Source: Intoshia linei
Taxonomy: Eukaryota; Animalia; Orthonectida
Assembly (NCBI GenBank): GCA_001642005.1
Contig: LWCA01000015.1
Location: forward strand, 1-64,000
Direction: 5' to 3'
DNA length: 64,000 nt
The number at the start of each line of letters is the position of its first letter. Position 1 is the stretch's first letter. Below the pieces are notes generated by a model. The model was not told the origin of the DNA. It did not search any database and worked only from the letters and a program-made list of their open reading frames with translations. A program made the translations under genes and the position numbers. Of the stretch, positions 51,971 to 63,755 are shown one piece after another.

Positions 51971-54900
51971 TCAGATTCGTCCTGTTACTTCACTTTTAGC
52001 CATTCTAATGTAGTAAAGAGTTATCCACCCAAGAAAGATGAATCCACTTAGCAAAACTAAAATAAATGTTCAAATTTTCTTGTAAAAGTGTTTCATATGG
52101 GCATCTGCAGATCTGAACATACCATTCTCGAGGCAGCTAAAATAAAATATGCCCTTGAAAAATTTTCGAAATTGAAAATACCAGATATCCTAATCACCTC
52201 TAAGGCTTACAGTTTATATTTAACACATACAATAGTGAAGTTACTGAAAAATATAAATATTTTTTAAATTTTAAATTTGCAAATTGAGGCCCGAGGAGGG
52301 GATAGGGCGTGGTTCTCAATTTTTTTTGGCCGTAAAATGAAAAAAGTCGTAGCATAAATTCTGGGATAATTTTTAAAATTATAAGCATTATCATAAATGG
52401 AAATATAAAAAAAGTTCATTTTCACGGTTAAAACCACAGAATACTTTTTTTAACATTGAAACCAGGCCTAAAATTTAAAAAAAATTACAGCTGATACAGT
52501 TATATCCAGTGAAAACACAAAAAATTTCAATATGACAAAGTGACGCCTTCACCATCAAAAAAGCACTTTAATATTCATTTTTTTAAAAAAATTAAAAAAG
52601 TTCGCCCTCGACAGAGCTAGGATGCTAATATAAGCTCTACTCTATCCGTTAATGTTGTTAAATTAAACCTATCCATAATATTATCAAAAAAAAATGTGTT
52701 TTAATGATTAATCCAGTGGTAATCTAAATTAATATTATGATTATAACAAAAAACTAACTAGAAATGCAATTAGAGCAGCACTGTAAATTAGCAAAACAAT
52801 TGTGTAAGCACGTCTTTTTTTTGAAAGAAAAATTTCGTTGACAGATGATCTAAATATTTGTCTGATTTCACCTAGTAGAATAAACAATATCATGGTTTTT
52901 GACCATTAATTGGAGGCGTTAGTAGACGAGGTTTACAATTCTGACTTGTTTCTGTATGTTAACTGGGAAATGCTGCATTAGCTCTGATTTATTTAAAATC
53001 CTAGGACTTTATTGTTCAAAATAATGTGTCATTTGAAGTTTTGAACGAAAGACGTAATTTTCAAATACTTAATAAAATTTATGAGACTGAATTGGCCCTG
53101 AAAACTGTATTAAAATGAGTGTTTATAAAATTCAGGGACTTAAGGCTTTATTTAATTCAGTTAAAAAAAAAAAAAGTGTAATTTGTCTTACAGGTCTGAC
53201 AGTAAAAACGCAAATTTCAGAGATTTTTAGTTACTTTGTACGCCGGAAAAAACTTAGGGTTAGAATTTGTGTTTTTTAAATTTCTGGACTTTCAGCTTTC
53301 TAAATATATTCTTACACAGACAGATACACAGTTTTAGTAACTTTTATTTTATGTACAATTTAAAAATAATAAAGAAAAAATATTATAATTACAATTTTTT
53401 GCAATGGGGACACTTGGCTAAAGATTCTTGATTTGAGTCAAACTAAAAAATAAAATTTATATTACAATACATAAGGCTACAGTCCTAGCCAAAGAAAATT
53501 TAAACATTCTTAAAAATGAAGGAATCACCATAAAAAGATTCTAAATTATCACGACGTAGTGCGTCAATTTGTAAAATTTTATTTGTAAATGGTCGCTTTT
53601 GTAAAAGATTTTGTTATAATTATTTTAACCAAACTTTTAAAGAGTTTTTAAGATTTTTTTTAACATAACTTTTAAGAGAGTTTTAAGATTCTTTTTTTAA
53701 CCAATTTTTAAAACTTCTTTTTTTAATGAAAACAGCCCTAGAATTTCGAAAAAATTACAGATGGTACAGTTGTATCCTGTTAACCCACACCAAAATTTGT
53801 AATCCGAATAAGTGACGATTTCACGGTCAAAAAAGCATTTTAGTATTCATATTTTTTTTCCTAAATATTTTATTAAAACAAAAAATGTGAAATAATTAAT
53901 ATTCCGAAAATTAAAAAAAAAAATTATTCTGATAGAGCTTATTCCAGTTGATACAAATACGAAAGTTAAACCCAAGAAATCTACGTATTCCCGATGAAAA
54001 ATAATTTTTAATATATTATCAACCAATATTTTTCAAATATTTCGAGTCTAGGTCCTGTTTGTACGTAGTACATAACAGTCAACCTAGTTCTTTATATGAC
54101 TCGCCATTTTTGGTATTCTTGGGATCTCGCCGCGAGATAGAAAATTTAAAACTATAGCAACAGCAGATAAAACCTTTAAAATTTAAATTGCAATAAAATG
54201 TAAATTGTAATACAAATTGTAAAATTTAACATTAAAATCTATTTTATCTAAAAATCCATTTTTACAACTGAAATTAATTAATTATTTTTTAATTAATAAA
54301 TATATTTTAATTAAAAAATGAATTTTCTAAATAGTAAATCAGCAATTAGAATAAAATATAAAGACAATTTTCTGTAAGCGTCTGAAATCTTATTAAATCT
54401 TTAAGTTTTCTTTTTCGATTTAGAAGCATTTTAAATTTCAACGTGATTTAAAACGTAACTAATTTTGATAAATGGTTTTAAAACTTTTAGTTTTATATTT
54501 TAAATTAATGGCTGGATATAAAATAAAATCTTGACTTTACAAATTGACGTATACTCATCATGAAATTAAAAAAATTGTGGTTTAAAGCAGGCATTCTCAA
54601 CCCTTTTTCGCTGTAGACCCCCAAAAAAATTAATAATAATGAAAATTTTTAATTAATCATTACATTTGAGTGAAACGAATGGTGGTCAAAAGACATGGAG
54701 TACTCTATTTTTGCAAGGTGATAAACTTGATGAACTATTAATATTAACCTTTAACCCGTCAATGTTCCCAAAATGGAACATGTTTTTCAGCTATTGTTTA
54801 CGGTACATTATTAATTGTTTACTACATATTTTATCAGATCAATAAAAAGTCTATATTATCTGTCTTCCCTGTGAAGAATTAATATTTTATATCCCTTGGT

Positions 54901-55931
54901 TGATGTTTCATAGAATCATGAATATTGACTGATTTTTTGTCCCATTTTCAATTTGAAATTTAAAGTTTTTTTTATGACTAGAAACTTACTCGGTCATAAA
55001 TTTTAATAAAATAATTAAATAAAACCGCTGCTTCTAAAATAGAACAGTGGAGGTTTCCCAATAAGTTTTTATACTTGTAAGTAATTTAATTTAATACCAA
55101 AGAATTTACTTTTACATGTGATGATGAAATGTCATGATTTTTACGTTTTATATTAGTATTTCTAAGCCTCTATGTTTTAAAAACGACTTTATGTTACTGA
55201 AAATGTCTATAATATGTAATAAATGTATATAATTTTCATAGACCCCGTTGAGAATGGCTGGTTTAAAGGATATGTTGAATATTATAAAAATCGTACCAAG
55301 AAAACATCATGACAGTAAAAGCAGCAAACTCTAAAATATTCGCCATCTTCTCTGGGTGATCCGTGCGGTATATTTACGACAAGCCCACTAAAAATATATT
55401 AAAGCATCATGTATATTTTTTATAATTTAAAAAAATGACATAATTTCATAAAGGACCAAAAAAACTTAATTGTATACAATGTATATAACTGAATCAGCTT
55501 ATATAATTGATATATTTAATTGATAATTATATAAACATAAAATACCATCCTTCACGAGGACAAACTATGCAACGTGAAGTAGTTTTACACACAAGTAGAC
55601 ATTTACAAAAACATCTAATGTAGCATTTTCCAACAGGCGCTGATCTAATTGCCTTAAAAAGGTAAAATTATAGAATGTATAATTACTGTGCATTCTTTAC
55701 AGTTATCACAATTAACGACATAATAATAAGGTCTATCAACCAAACTTATATAAGATTGACACACTTCGCATTGGATGAGAGGTGTCCCCAAAGCGGCAGT
55801 GTTTAACAAAGGCGTTGTCTCATTTGCATCGATTTGTATACTTTTGTGAGACTCTGCAGAATGACATGATTAAAAAATCAAAAATGGTACAAATGCTTTA
55901 AAAATAATGATATACCTTCATTTGCAATCAT
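51971..55931 (-). CDS. TMEM55: TMEM55/PIP4P family lysosomal membrane protein, multi-exon, missed by the ORF track
   Basis: MIANE|[32 protein letters not shown]|[36 protein letters not shown]|..[12 protein letters not shown]|..[10 protein letters not shown]|SSV.. followed by two C-terminal hydrophobic segments. The exact 3' exon joins are uncertain. Confidence 0.9.
53714..54087 (+). mobile_element. Helitron-like 3' portion ending in CTAG
   Basis: Matches 48325-48650. Ends gtacgtagtacataacagtcaacCTAG|t, as at 16270-16298. Confidence 0.6.
54588..55260 (+). mobile_element. hAT MITE with perfect 8-bp TSD
   Basis: gtttaaag|caggcattctcaac ... gttgagaatggctg|gtttaaag. Confidence 0.92.
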
Positions 55932-56658
55932 AATTATTTCGGTTAAATTTTACTGAAGTGATGAATATTAATGTTTACATAATAAAGTTTAATTTTATTT
56001 TCAAATGTTGAATTAGCGCTTAATTATCTTTGACGGATTAATATTTTTCATTTATTGAAGATTTATTTCTGTTTTACAATATAATTTAATCATTCAAATT
56101 TCAATTTGACCAATACTATTGGTAATATTTATTATTACATTTTATTGATAAATTCAAATTATTATTTACAAAATTATGTTAACTTTAATCTATGAATCCT
56201 TAATTTTAACGTTATGAAGGTCGACTGATAAGATAGTAATCATTTTTTCATTATGAAGCCATTAATTAATCTTACTAATCCCGTTTATTTTTATTTATGA
56301 AATTTATAAATGAATACATGTAATCTAAAATGAGAAATTAATGTTATGATGGGGCCTTCTTTATATCGTGGACCCCTTTGGGAAGCACAGTTTTAGACCC
56401 TTTGAATATAAAATTATAAGGAATTTGAATTTGAAGTTTATTTTAAAAAATAATTTATCGTTTTATTTTTTTTAAAAATAGATAATCTCATACATGTATA
56501 AATAGACTAGGAATCAACCATCCAGTAAATGTCACCACTTAATGCACACATAATATAGTTTTACTTGGACATATGCGTTTTGAACTTTAAATAATATCAA
56601 TTTACCAGCATTAAATACTGTGTATTTTAAAATCTTAATATTATATCAGAAATACTTT

Positions 56659-57581
56659 ATGGAAATGGAAGAAATTTTAAATTGTAGTACAATGTGTACT
56701 TAAATTAAAATAAATTTTTGAATTGCGTAAATTAATTCTAGAAAAAATTTAAAAAATTAATAAATTCATTTATAATTATTTATACAGGTGTTGTATATGT
56801 TAACTTGATTTTTTATAGATTTTCCAACTCCGTTTACTATGAAAGAAGAAGACACACATTTGTTAGTGGATGAAATTGAGATACCACCGAGTTACGCTAG
56901 TATGTGGTTTTTTTAGTTATTTTTGTCAGTAGATAATCTTTTTATTTTAGCAAACGAGGTAAGTAAATCTACATTGTCTCAAGCAACTACCGTCAATTGT
57001 AAATTTTGCAATAATTGTCAATTGGTTACATGCATATTTCTCGTTTGTTCTTTGTGTAACTTTTTTCTTATAATTATATCTTTTTCAGTTTAGGGTTATG
57101 AAATCCCATAGCAGGTTGTCAACATTTTATATTGTTTAAACTACCTATATTAGTGGCCTGTTAAGGACCGAATTAGCCTCCATAAATTTTTATTAGATTA
57201 TAACCTTTTTCATACATATTCGCCACAATTTTCCACTATATTACATTGTCATTTTAAAAATGTATGAAATTGTTAATGTACGGCAGTGCTTTCCAACCAT
57301 TTGAAGTTTTTTTCACCAATTTTTTGTCTCATAATTGGTTGAAAAAAACTATCCTAAAAACCCTATCAAATTTTTGACCCACAAAAATTAATTTGATGAA
57401 TTAGTTAACTCGATGATTATGTCGCTCTACGAAAAAATATATCCCGCCGTAGATGAATAATTTAATATTTTGGAAAAATTTGACACTTTAAAAAATGGTT
57501 GGAATCCAACACTATACTATTAAAATATTTTTAGTAATTGCATATATTGTCTATTTGGCCTACAAATGGCTTCAAGGCTAA
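56659..57581 (+). CDS. Putative orphan ~89-aa tail-anchored protein (dileucine + PPxY + CxxC + TM)
   Basis: Four GT-AG-joined exons (56659-56695, 56819-56899, 56951-57055, 57535-57581) stay in frame: MEMEEILNCSTMYFPTPFTMKEEDTHLLVDEIEIPPSYATNEVSKSTLSQATTVNCKFCNNCQLVTCIFLVCSLLIAYIVYLAYKWLQG*. An AATAAA follows downstream. Confidence 0.55.
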
Positions 57582-57663
57582 ATTCCACCTTACACCGGAT
57601 TTTTTGTTCATATATTAAATAAATTTTGTTATAAAAATTTCCAGTTTATTTACAATTTAAATT

Positions 57664-57836
57664 TTATATTCTTAAATTTTTCCAATTAATGGTAGGTTTC
57701 CTGTTGACGTATTCTATGCATTCTATTATATCATTTGTTTTGACTTCAATATCACCATGCAAAATGATACCACATTCATTTCCAGAATTAACTTGTTTTA
57801 CCTCGTCTTTGAAGTGACGCAAACTGACTAGTTTCC
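57664..57836 (-). CDS. MTIF2: Last exon only of mitochondrial translation initiation factor IF-2
   Basis: ag|GKLVSLRHFKDEVKQVNSGNECGIILHGDIEVKTNDIIECIEY..W..*, the IF2 C-terminal domain motif SL.HFKD.V..V..G.ECGI. Confidence 0.88.
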
Positions 57837-58000
57837 CTAAAAATTCAATGAATTATTATTTTTTTCAATTTGAAGTTTTCAGGTTATTTCAGAATTTCAA
57901 CGATTAAATTACACTTTTTGCACCGGTCATGATTACAACATTTCTTACGATAAGGGGAGTTTATTAATCGGGGGAACTGAAAATTTTATTTTTTAACAAT

Positions 58001-58210
58001 CCTTACTTATATAATATGCTACGCAATATTTGTTTGTGTGTTCCACTTTATTTAAATAACTACCAGTCTTAGAATTCTATAAAGTCCACATTTCAATTAA
58101 TTTTTTCCGGGACATATAATAAGATAAATTTTAACCTTCCAAACTCACATCTTACGGGTCAAAAACCCCAATTGTCCTTTTTTTTTGAAAATCAAGTTGG
58201 AGAATTTAAA
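58001..58210 (+). mobile_element. Helitron-like 5' end, truncated near the gap
   Basis: a|TCCTTACTTATATAATATGCTACGCAATATTTGTTTGTGTG. Confidence 0.6.
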
Positions 58211-59984
58211 AAAATATATATTATTATTTAAATATTTATTAATATTTAATATTATAATATATATATAATATTTATTTTATATTATTAATAATTAATAANT
58301 TTTTCATATATTCCGCTACATTTTGTTCAATAGTATTCAATTCTGTTAATAATTTCGTAAGTTGTAACGCAAAGATTTCTTCTTTCTAATCATATATAAT
58401 AATCCATGTATGTACTTTATTTAACATTTCTATTGATTTTCAAATATGCCCATTTTAGGCACCTTTTCGAACTTTGGGCGTATTTTAAAAAAAATCTGGA
58501 CGTGATGCAGAAACACTGATTATACCATCTTGTTCAGAATACAAATCTCTTTCAGGTGCACTAAATTTTATTCTTGCACCTCAAAAAAGTTGTTATTTTG
58601 TTGGGCAGTGTAATCTTTGACATTTAAACTTTGGTCGGTATTTATTACACATTATACGTTTTTATCAATAAATTATATTTTTATATGCTTCCAATGTTAG
58701 CATTTTAAAATTGAAATATTTTGTTTCAGTTTTAAAAATCAGCATTGTCTCGTAAGTGTTAAAAAGCCTTTATTACGTATTTTGTTGAAATGATATAATT
58801 TTGATGATTCCACCCTAAAGTTCGACATTAAATAATTTAAATTAAAATTAAATTTTACGTCAAATGATGCTGATTATAATCAATCCGATTTTATTTTTAT
58901 CATGTTATATTTTGTGTCTAACATTCAATGATATATGTATAATAAAATCTTCAAGATTTGTGGTCCAAATGTGGTTAGTTTAATTGATTAGTATGGCGAA
59001 ATTGTAACCTGGGTTATATTTTATGTTGTATAATTATAATTACACATTTTATATATTTTATACTGTAATTACTATTTACAATTCAAATTGTAAACATTTA
59101 ACTCGTTTTTTTATGTACATCCTTTACTAATATAACATTGAATGTCTGTATCTGTGTGTTACCGTTTATTTAAAACATTAACAATCCTAGAATTATAAAA
59201 CACAATTTTAATACATTTTTCTTATGTTGATATTTCCCATTTTAAAATGTAATAAAATCATTAACCTCATCGTAAATCTCAATCTCAGAAATTTATAATT
59301 ACTACAATGTAGATCAGTGGTTCCCAAAGTTGCCTACAAGAAAAGTTTTAAATAAAATAAATAAAAGTTAACCTTTTTTCACAATAATATTAAATTAGAA
59401 TATTATTGATTATTATTAATAGTGAACGTAAACATTATAAATTAAGTTATGATTTACTGATATGTATATAACGTGAATAATTTTCACGTGCGTTAAATTT
59501 AATCTATGCACGATTTAACTTGGTTATATAGTAGTTCCCACAATCGAAGTACATTTTTTTTTATTTTTTTATTTGTTAGCTATTTTATTAAAACAAAAAT
59601 ATTCAATAACTAATGGTCCTAGAATTTTTTAAAAAGAAAATTATTCTGATATAGCTTATTCCAGTTGATATAAGTACAAAATTTCAAAATCAGAAATCCA
59701 GGGATTCGCGGTCAAAAATAACTTAATATATAATGAACCAATATTTTTCAAATTTTTGAATTAACATTAATTAATTGTAAAATAAAAATTTAAATATTCA
59801 TCATACAATTTCAAAAAAAGTGGAAACTCACCGTATACGCATTTTAAATACAGAAATATGGTTTCAATCTACTAAATGAATTCCTTCTGTTTTTTATCTT
59901 GCTTACACAATTTCTTATCAGTGAGCAATAGGGTGTCCACTTTTTTTATTAGAATCACCTATTTTGCATATTTATTCTGTATAG

Positions 59985-60573
59985 CAGCCATTCTCAACGG
60001 GGTCCCCAGCACTTTTTTGGGGGTCCATGAAAATTATATACATTTATTACCTATTATAGACATTTTCAGTAACAAAGTCGTTTTTAAAACATAAAGGCTC
60101 AGAAATACTAATATAAAACGTGATTAAAATTTATGACCGAGCCAAGTTTCTAGTCATAAAAAAAAGCTTTAAATTTCAAATTGAAAATGGGACAAAAAAT
60201 CAGTCAATATTCATGATTTTATGAAACATGAACCAAGGGATATAAAATATTAATTCTTCACAGGGAAGATAAATAATATAGACTTTTTATTGATCTGATA
60301 AAATATGTAGTAAACAATTAATAATGTACTGTAAACAATACCTGGAAAACATGTTCGATTTTGAGAACATTGACGGGTTAAAGGTTAATATTAATAGTTC
60401 ATTAAGTTTATCACCTCGCAAAAATAGAGTACTCCATGTCTTTTGCCAACATTCGTTTCACCCAAATGTAATGATTCTTTAAAAATTGTCATTATTATTA
60501 ATTTTTACAGGTCCACAGGTTTTATGTAATATCATCTTAGGCGTCCACAGCGAAAAAGGGTTGAGAATGCCTG
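59985..60573 (-). mobile_element. Second, inverted copy of the 54588-55260 hAT MITE with perfect 8-bp TSD
   Basis: ctgtatag|cagccattctcaac ... gttgagaatgcctg|ctgtatag. The body is the reverse complement of 54588-55030. Confidence 0.92.
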
Positions 60574-61275
60574 CTGTATAGGGCCTACTGCTGGCTCTCC
60601 GGCCTAAAATTCTCCAATTTCCCCATTTTTTTAAAAAAAACTAATGGTCCTAGAATTTTTTAAAAATCACATCAAATACAGTTATTTCCTTTTAATATAC
60701 TAATTTAATTCAATCTTACAAAGTTACGTCTTCATGGCCAAAAAACAAATTTACTATTTACTCTTTTTTGGAATAATTGCATTAAATTTTAATTTAAAAT
60801 GAAAAATATTAAAAAGTATTTGTCTTAGAATTTAAAATTTTTTCTTTTTTAGTTTTATTCAGTTATTTCTGTGAAAAAATTTCAACATCGAAAAATCTAC
60901 CTATTTCTGCTTAAAATTTACTTAATATATTACCAACTGTTATTTTTCAATTTTTGTAAAATTGTAAAATTAAAATCAAAAATTTTAATATTTATCCTAC
61001 AATTTCATGACAATGAGCACTGAACTGGTATATTTGAACTACAGAAACCTGGTTTCATTCTCTTAAATATATTTATTCGGTTTATATCAGTGGTTTTTTA
61101 AACTTTGACTTACTTACGACTCCACGGAGCCCTATTTCCAGCGCCTAACCTACTGTACTACCAGAACTCTTTGGGGAAACTTTAACGAAATTTTTTTAAT
61201 ATTCATATCCGTAAACACATTTTTAAATGTATTTTTAATTATATTCCAATTTTTATCTTAATTGTACTCTTTTAG

Positions 61276-61612
61276 TCTGACAATCGATGCAGTGAGGCCG
61301 AACGAACCGTTACAAAATTACAAAAAGAAGTGGACAGGTTAGAAGGTATAACATTTTAAATTGCATGGCATGAATAATAATTAATAGATGACCTTGAAAA
61401 TGAACGAAAAAAGTATAACAGCATGATGTCTGAATTTGAAACTGAAGTTCAAAACTTATCAAGCATCTAATTATTAACCTTTAATGGATCTAACAATAAA
61501 TTTTTTACTATCTTGGATTTCATTTTTAGATGAATTGGAAAAACAAAGAGAAAAATATAAATCTATTAGTGATGAACTTGATCAGACTTTCGTTGAATTA
61601 TCTGGATTTTAA
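61276..61612 (+). CDS. TPM: Tropomyosin 3' end: penultimate 70-nt exon plus two alternative 83-nt terminal exons; 5' part absent
   Basis: [23 protein letters not shown]| followed by either [27 protein letters not shown] (61388-61470) or [27 protein letters not shown] (61530-61612). Confidence 0.93.
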
Positions 61613-62608
61613 ATTACTCCTTTAAAACAAATAAACATTTCAAGTTAATTTATTCAAATTCAAAATTTTTTGAAATCCTATTATTCTTAAATTCGAGTGA
61701 CTAAGGTTGCCATAATTTTAAAGACTGAAGTCAACAGTATCCTGACTTTCGAGTATTTATTTTCATTTCTTGAAGAAATTTTTTTTGCATTTAAAATTTG
61801 AAGTGGATTTTTTTTTAAAATAAACTAAAAAACTATTGGGTAGCCCCACTTTCTAACCAAAATATTAGAATGAACATTTTCATGATCCCAGATAAAAATA
61901 CAAGTCTTCTGAACGATTATTTTTGTAGGTTATACATATACGTATGAAACATTCTGATAATCATGATTCAATGTAATCAATTTTTCAAATTTAAAATAAC
62001 ATTTATTTAATTAAGGACCTGCAATTTTTTTTAAAACTAAACCATGAATACCGTTTCAAACTAAAAATTTGAATTTTTATATTAACTTGATGGAAAAGAA
62101 TTTTTGCTAAAATTTAAAATAGTGTACTCCAATGCAGTTTAGAAAATAAAATGTAATACAATTAATTTAAATTGGTTTCTAATATCAATAATAATAAATA
62201 AATAATTGTTATATTGGTGGGCCTAAACTGCATAAGGCCAAAACGTAAAATTGTACTTTGAAATCTAGAAATAATTAAGATTCGAAACAGTTTTACATAA
62301 AAAATGGCAATAGAAGCTTCAATTGTAATTTGAAAAATGTATATACGAATGTCAAACATTGGAAATGTTCAACTAAACGACATACTTTGTGATTAGATAA
62401 TACGTTAGATTTTAGAAACAACTTATTTCAAACAAGTACAATACTTGTACCACAAATTACACTCTAAATTTAAATCTGCTATCAATCATAAAAAATATAT
62501 TTGTTCAAATAAAAATAAACGAACTTTATTTTTTATTAAAATAATTTTATTTATCGTTCACACGTCTTATAAAATATATTGTAAAAATAAATATAATAGT
62601 CTGATACA

Positions 62609-63755
62609 ATGGTTAGATATAGCGTACTACCCAAGAATCAACAAAATAGTAAATTTTGATTTTAATAAATGTATAATATCAAAATAATTAACAATATAGT
62701 TGTAAAAGCTAGAATTTCAAATGCACGTGTTCATTTTAAGGTATAGTTAAAATGCATTAAATGTCAGATTTTTGTCAATTTATATTTGATTTGATGAGAT
62801 TTTAATTTAATACTTAGAATACTCGCGAAACAGCCAATGCTATATCCAATATGAATTTAAAGCAGGCTATGAAATATTTGAACGACGTTAAAGAATATAA
62901 ACGGTGTGTTCCATTCAGAAGATATAATGGTGGTATTGGAAAATGTTCTCAGGTTTTTTAATTTTTATTATATTTAATATATGCATATTAGGCTAAAGAA
63001 TTTAAGCATTCTCAAGGTAGATGGCCTCAAAAGAGTTTAAAATTTTTGTTGGATCTGTTAAAAAATGCTGAAAGTAATGCTGAAAACAAGGTTATTTTAA
63101 AAACTCTAAAATAAAAATGGTCAGCTTTTTTGGGGTATTTGTCCAAACTTTTTCGTCTATCTCTGCGTTTCCCAATGCGGGTTCTGTGGCTGCAGGTTCA
63201 GAAAATTTTAAAATATCCATTCATTACCTTTTAATTTGCAGGGTTTCAATTGCTGGTAAAATGCTATTTACTCTATGATGTGAACATTGAGCGTTTTTGC
63301 ATGTTTTTAATAAATTTTTCAAATTAAAAATGGTATCTACTAGCAATAAGGCTTTTTAAAATAAACCACATAAAAAAACGTGACATTCTATTACACCCAT
63401 ATTACATCATTTCTTTGCGTCACCTATGAGAAAAATTGACGAATTATATATTGCAATTAAATAAATGTATTAAATATTTCTTTATAGTACTTTAATTTAT
63501 GTAAAAATTAAAAATTTTAGGGTTTAGACACTGATCGATTGAACATAAAATACGTTCAAGTCAACAGAGCCGCCACCCTTAGACGGCGAACATTTAGAGC
63601 TCATGGAAGAATTAATCGTAATATTTCTTTGACATAATTCATGGTATTTAGCTTTTATCAGCCATCCTTGCCACATTGAATTAATGTTGGAAGAAGAAGA
63701 CGCCGGCGTTTCGAAGCCAAAATCAAAAGTTAGAGAAACTGCTATTAAAAATTAA
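62609..63755 (+). CDS. RPL17: 60S ribosomal protein L17 (uL22), 6 exons
   Basis: MVRYS.., [62 protein letters not shown] and PCHIELML. Confidence 0.97.

Noticed and set aside
53482-53539. Apparent extra AG/GT-bounded exon in TMEM55 ([23 protein letters not shown])
   Set aside because: The flanking exons join directly in frame and match the family spacing (HDVFL|[14 protein letters not shown]). Including it would shift the frame.
58205-58298. Pure AT stretch before the N
   Set aside because: Low-complexity contig end; no structure can be supported.
59876-60094. 72-aa ORF, and similar short ORFs at 8451, 13715, 15376, 18793, 18930, 26011, 34436 and 62162
   Set aside because: They lie in MITE or low-complexity AT-rich DNA, show F/L/I/K-biased composition and carry no motifs.
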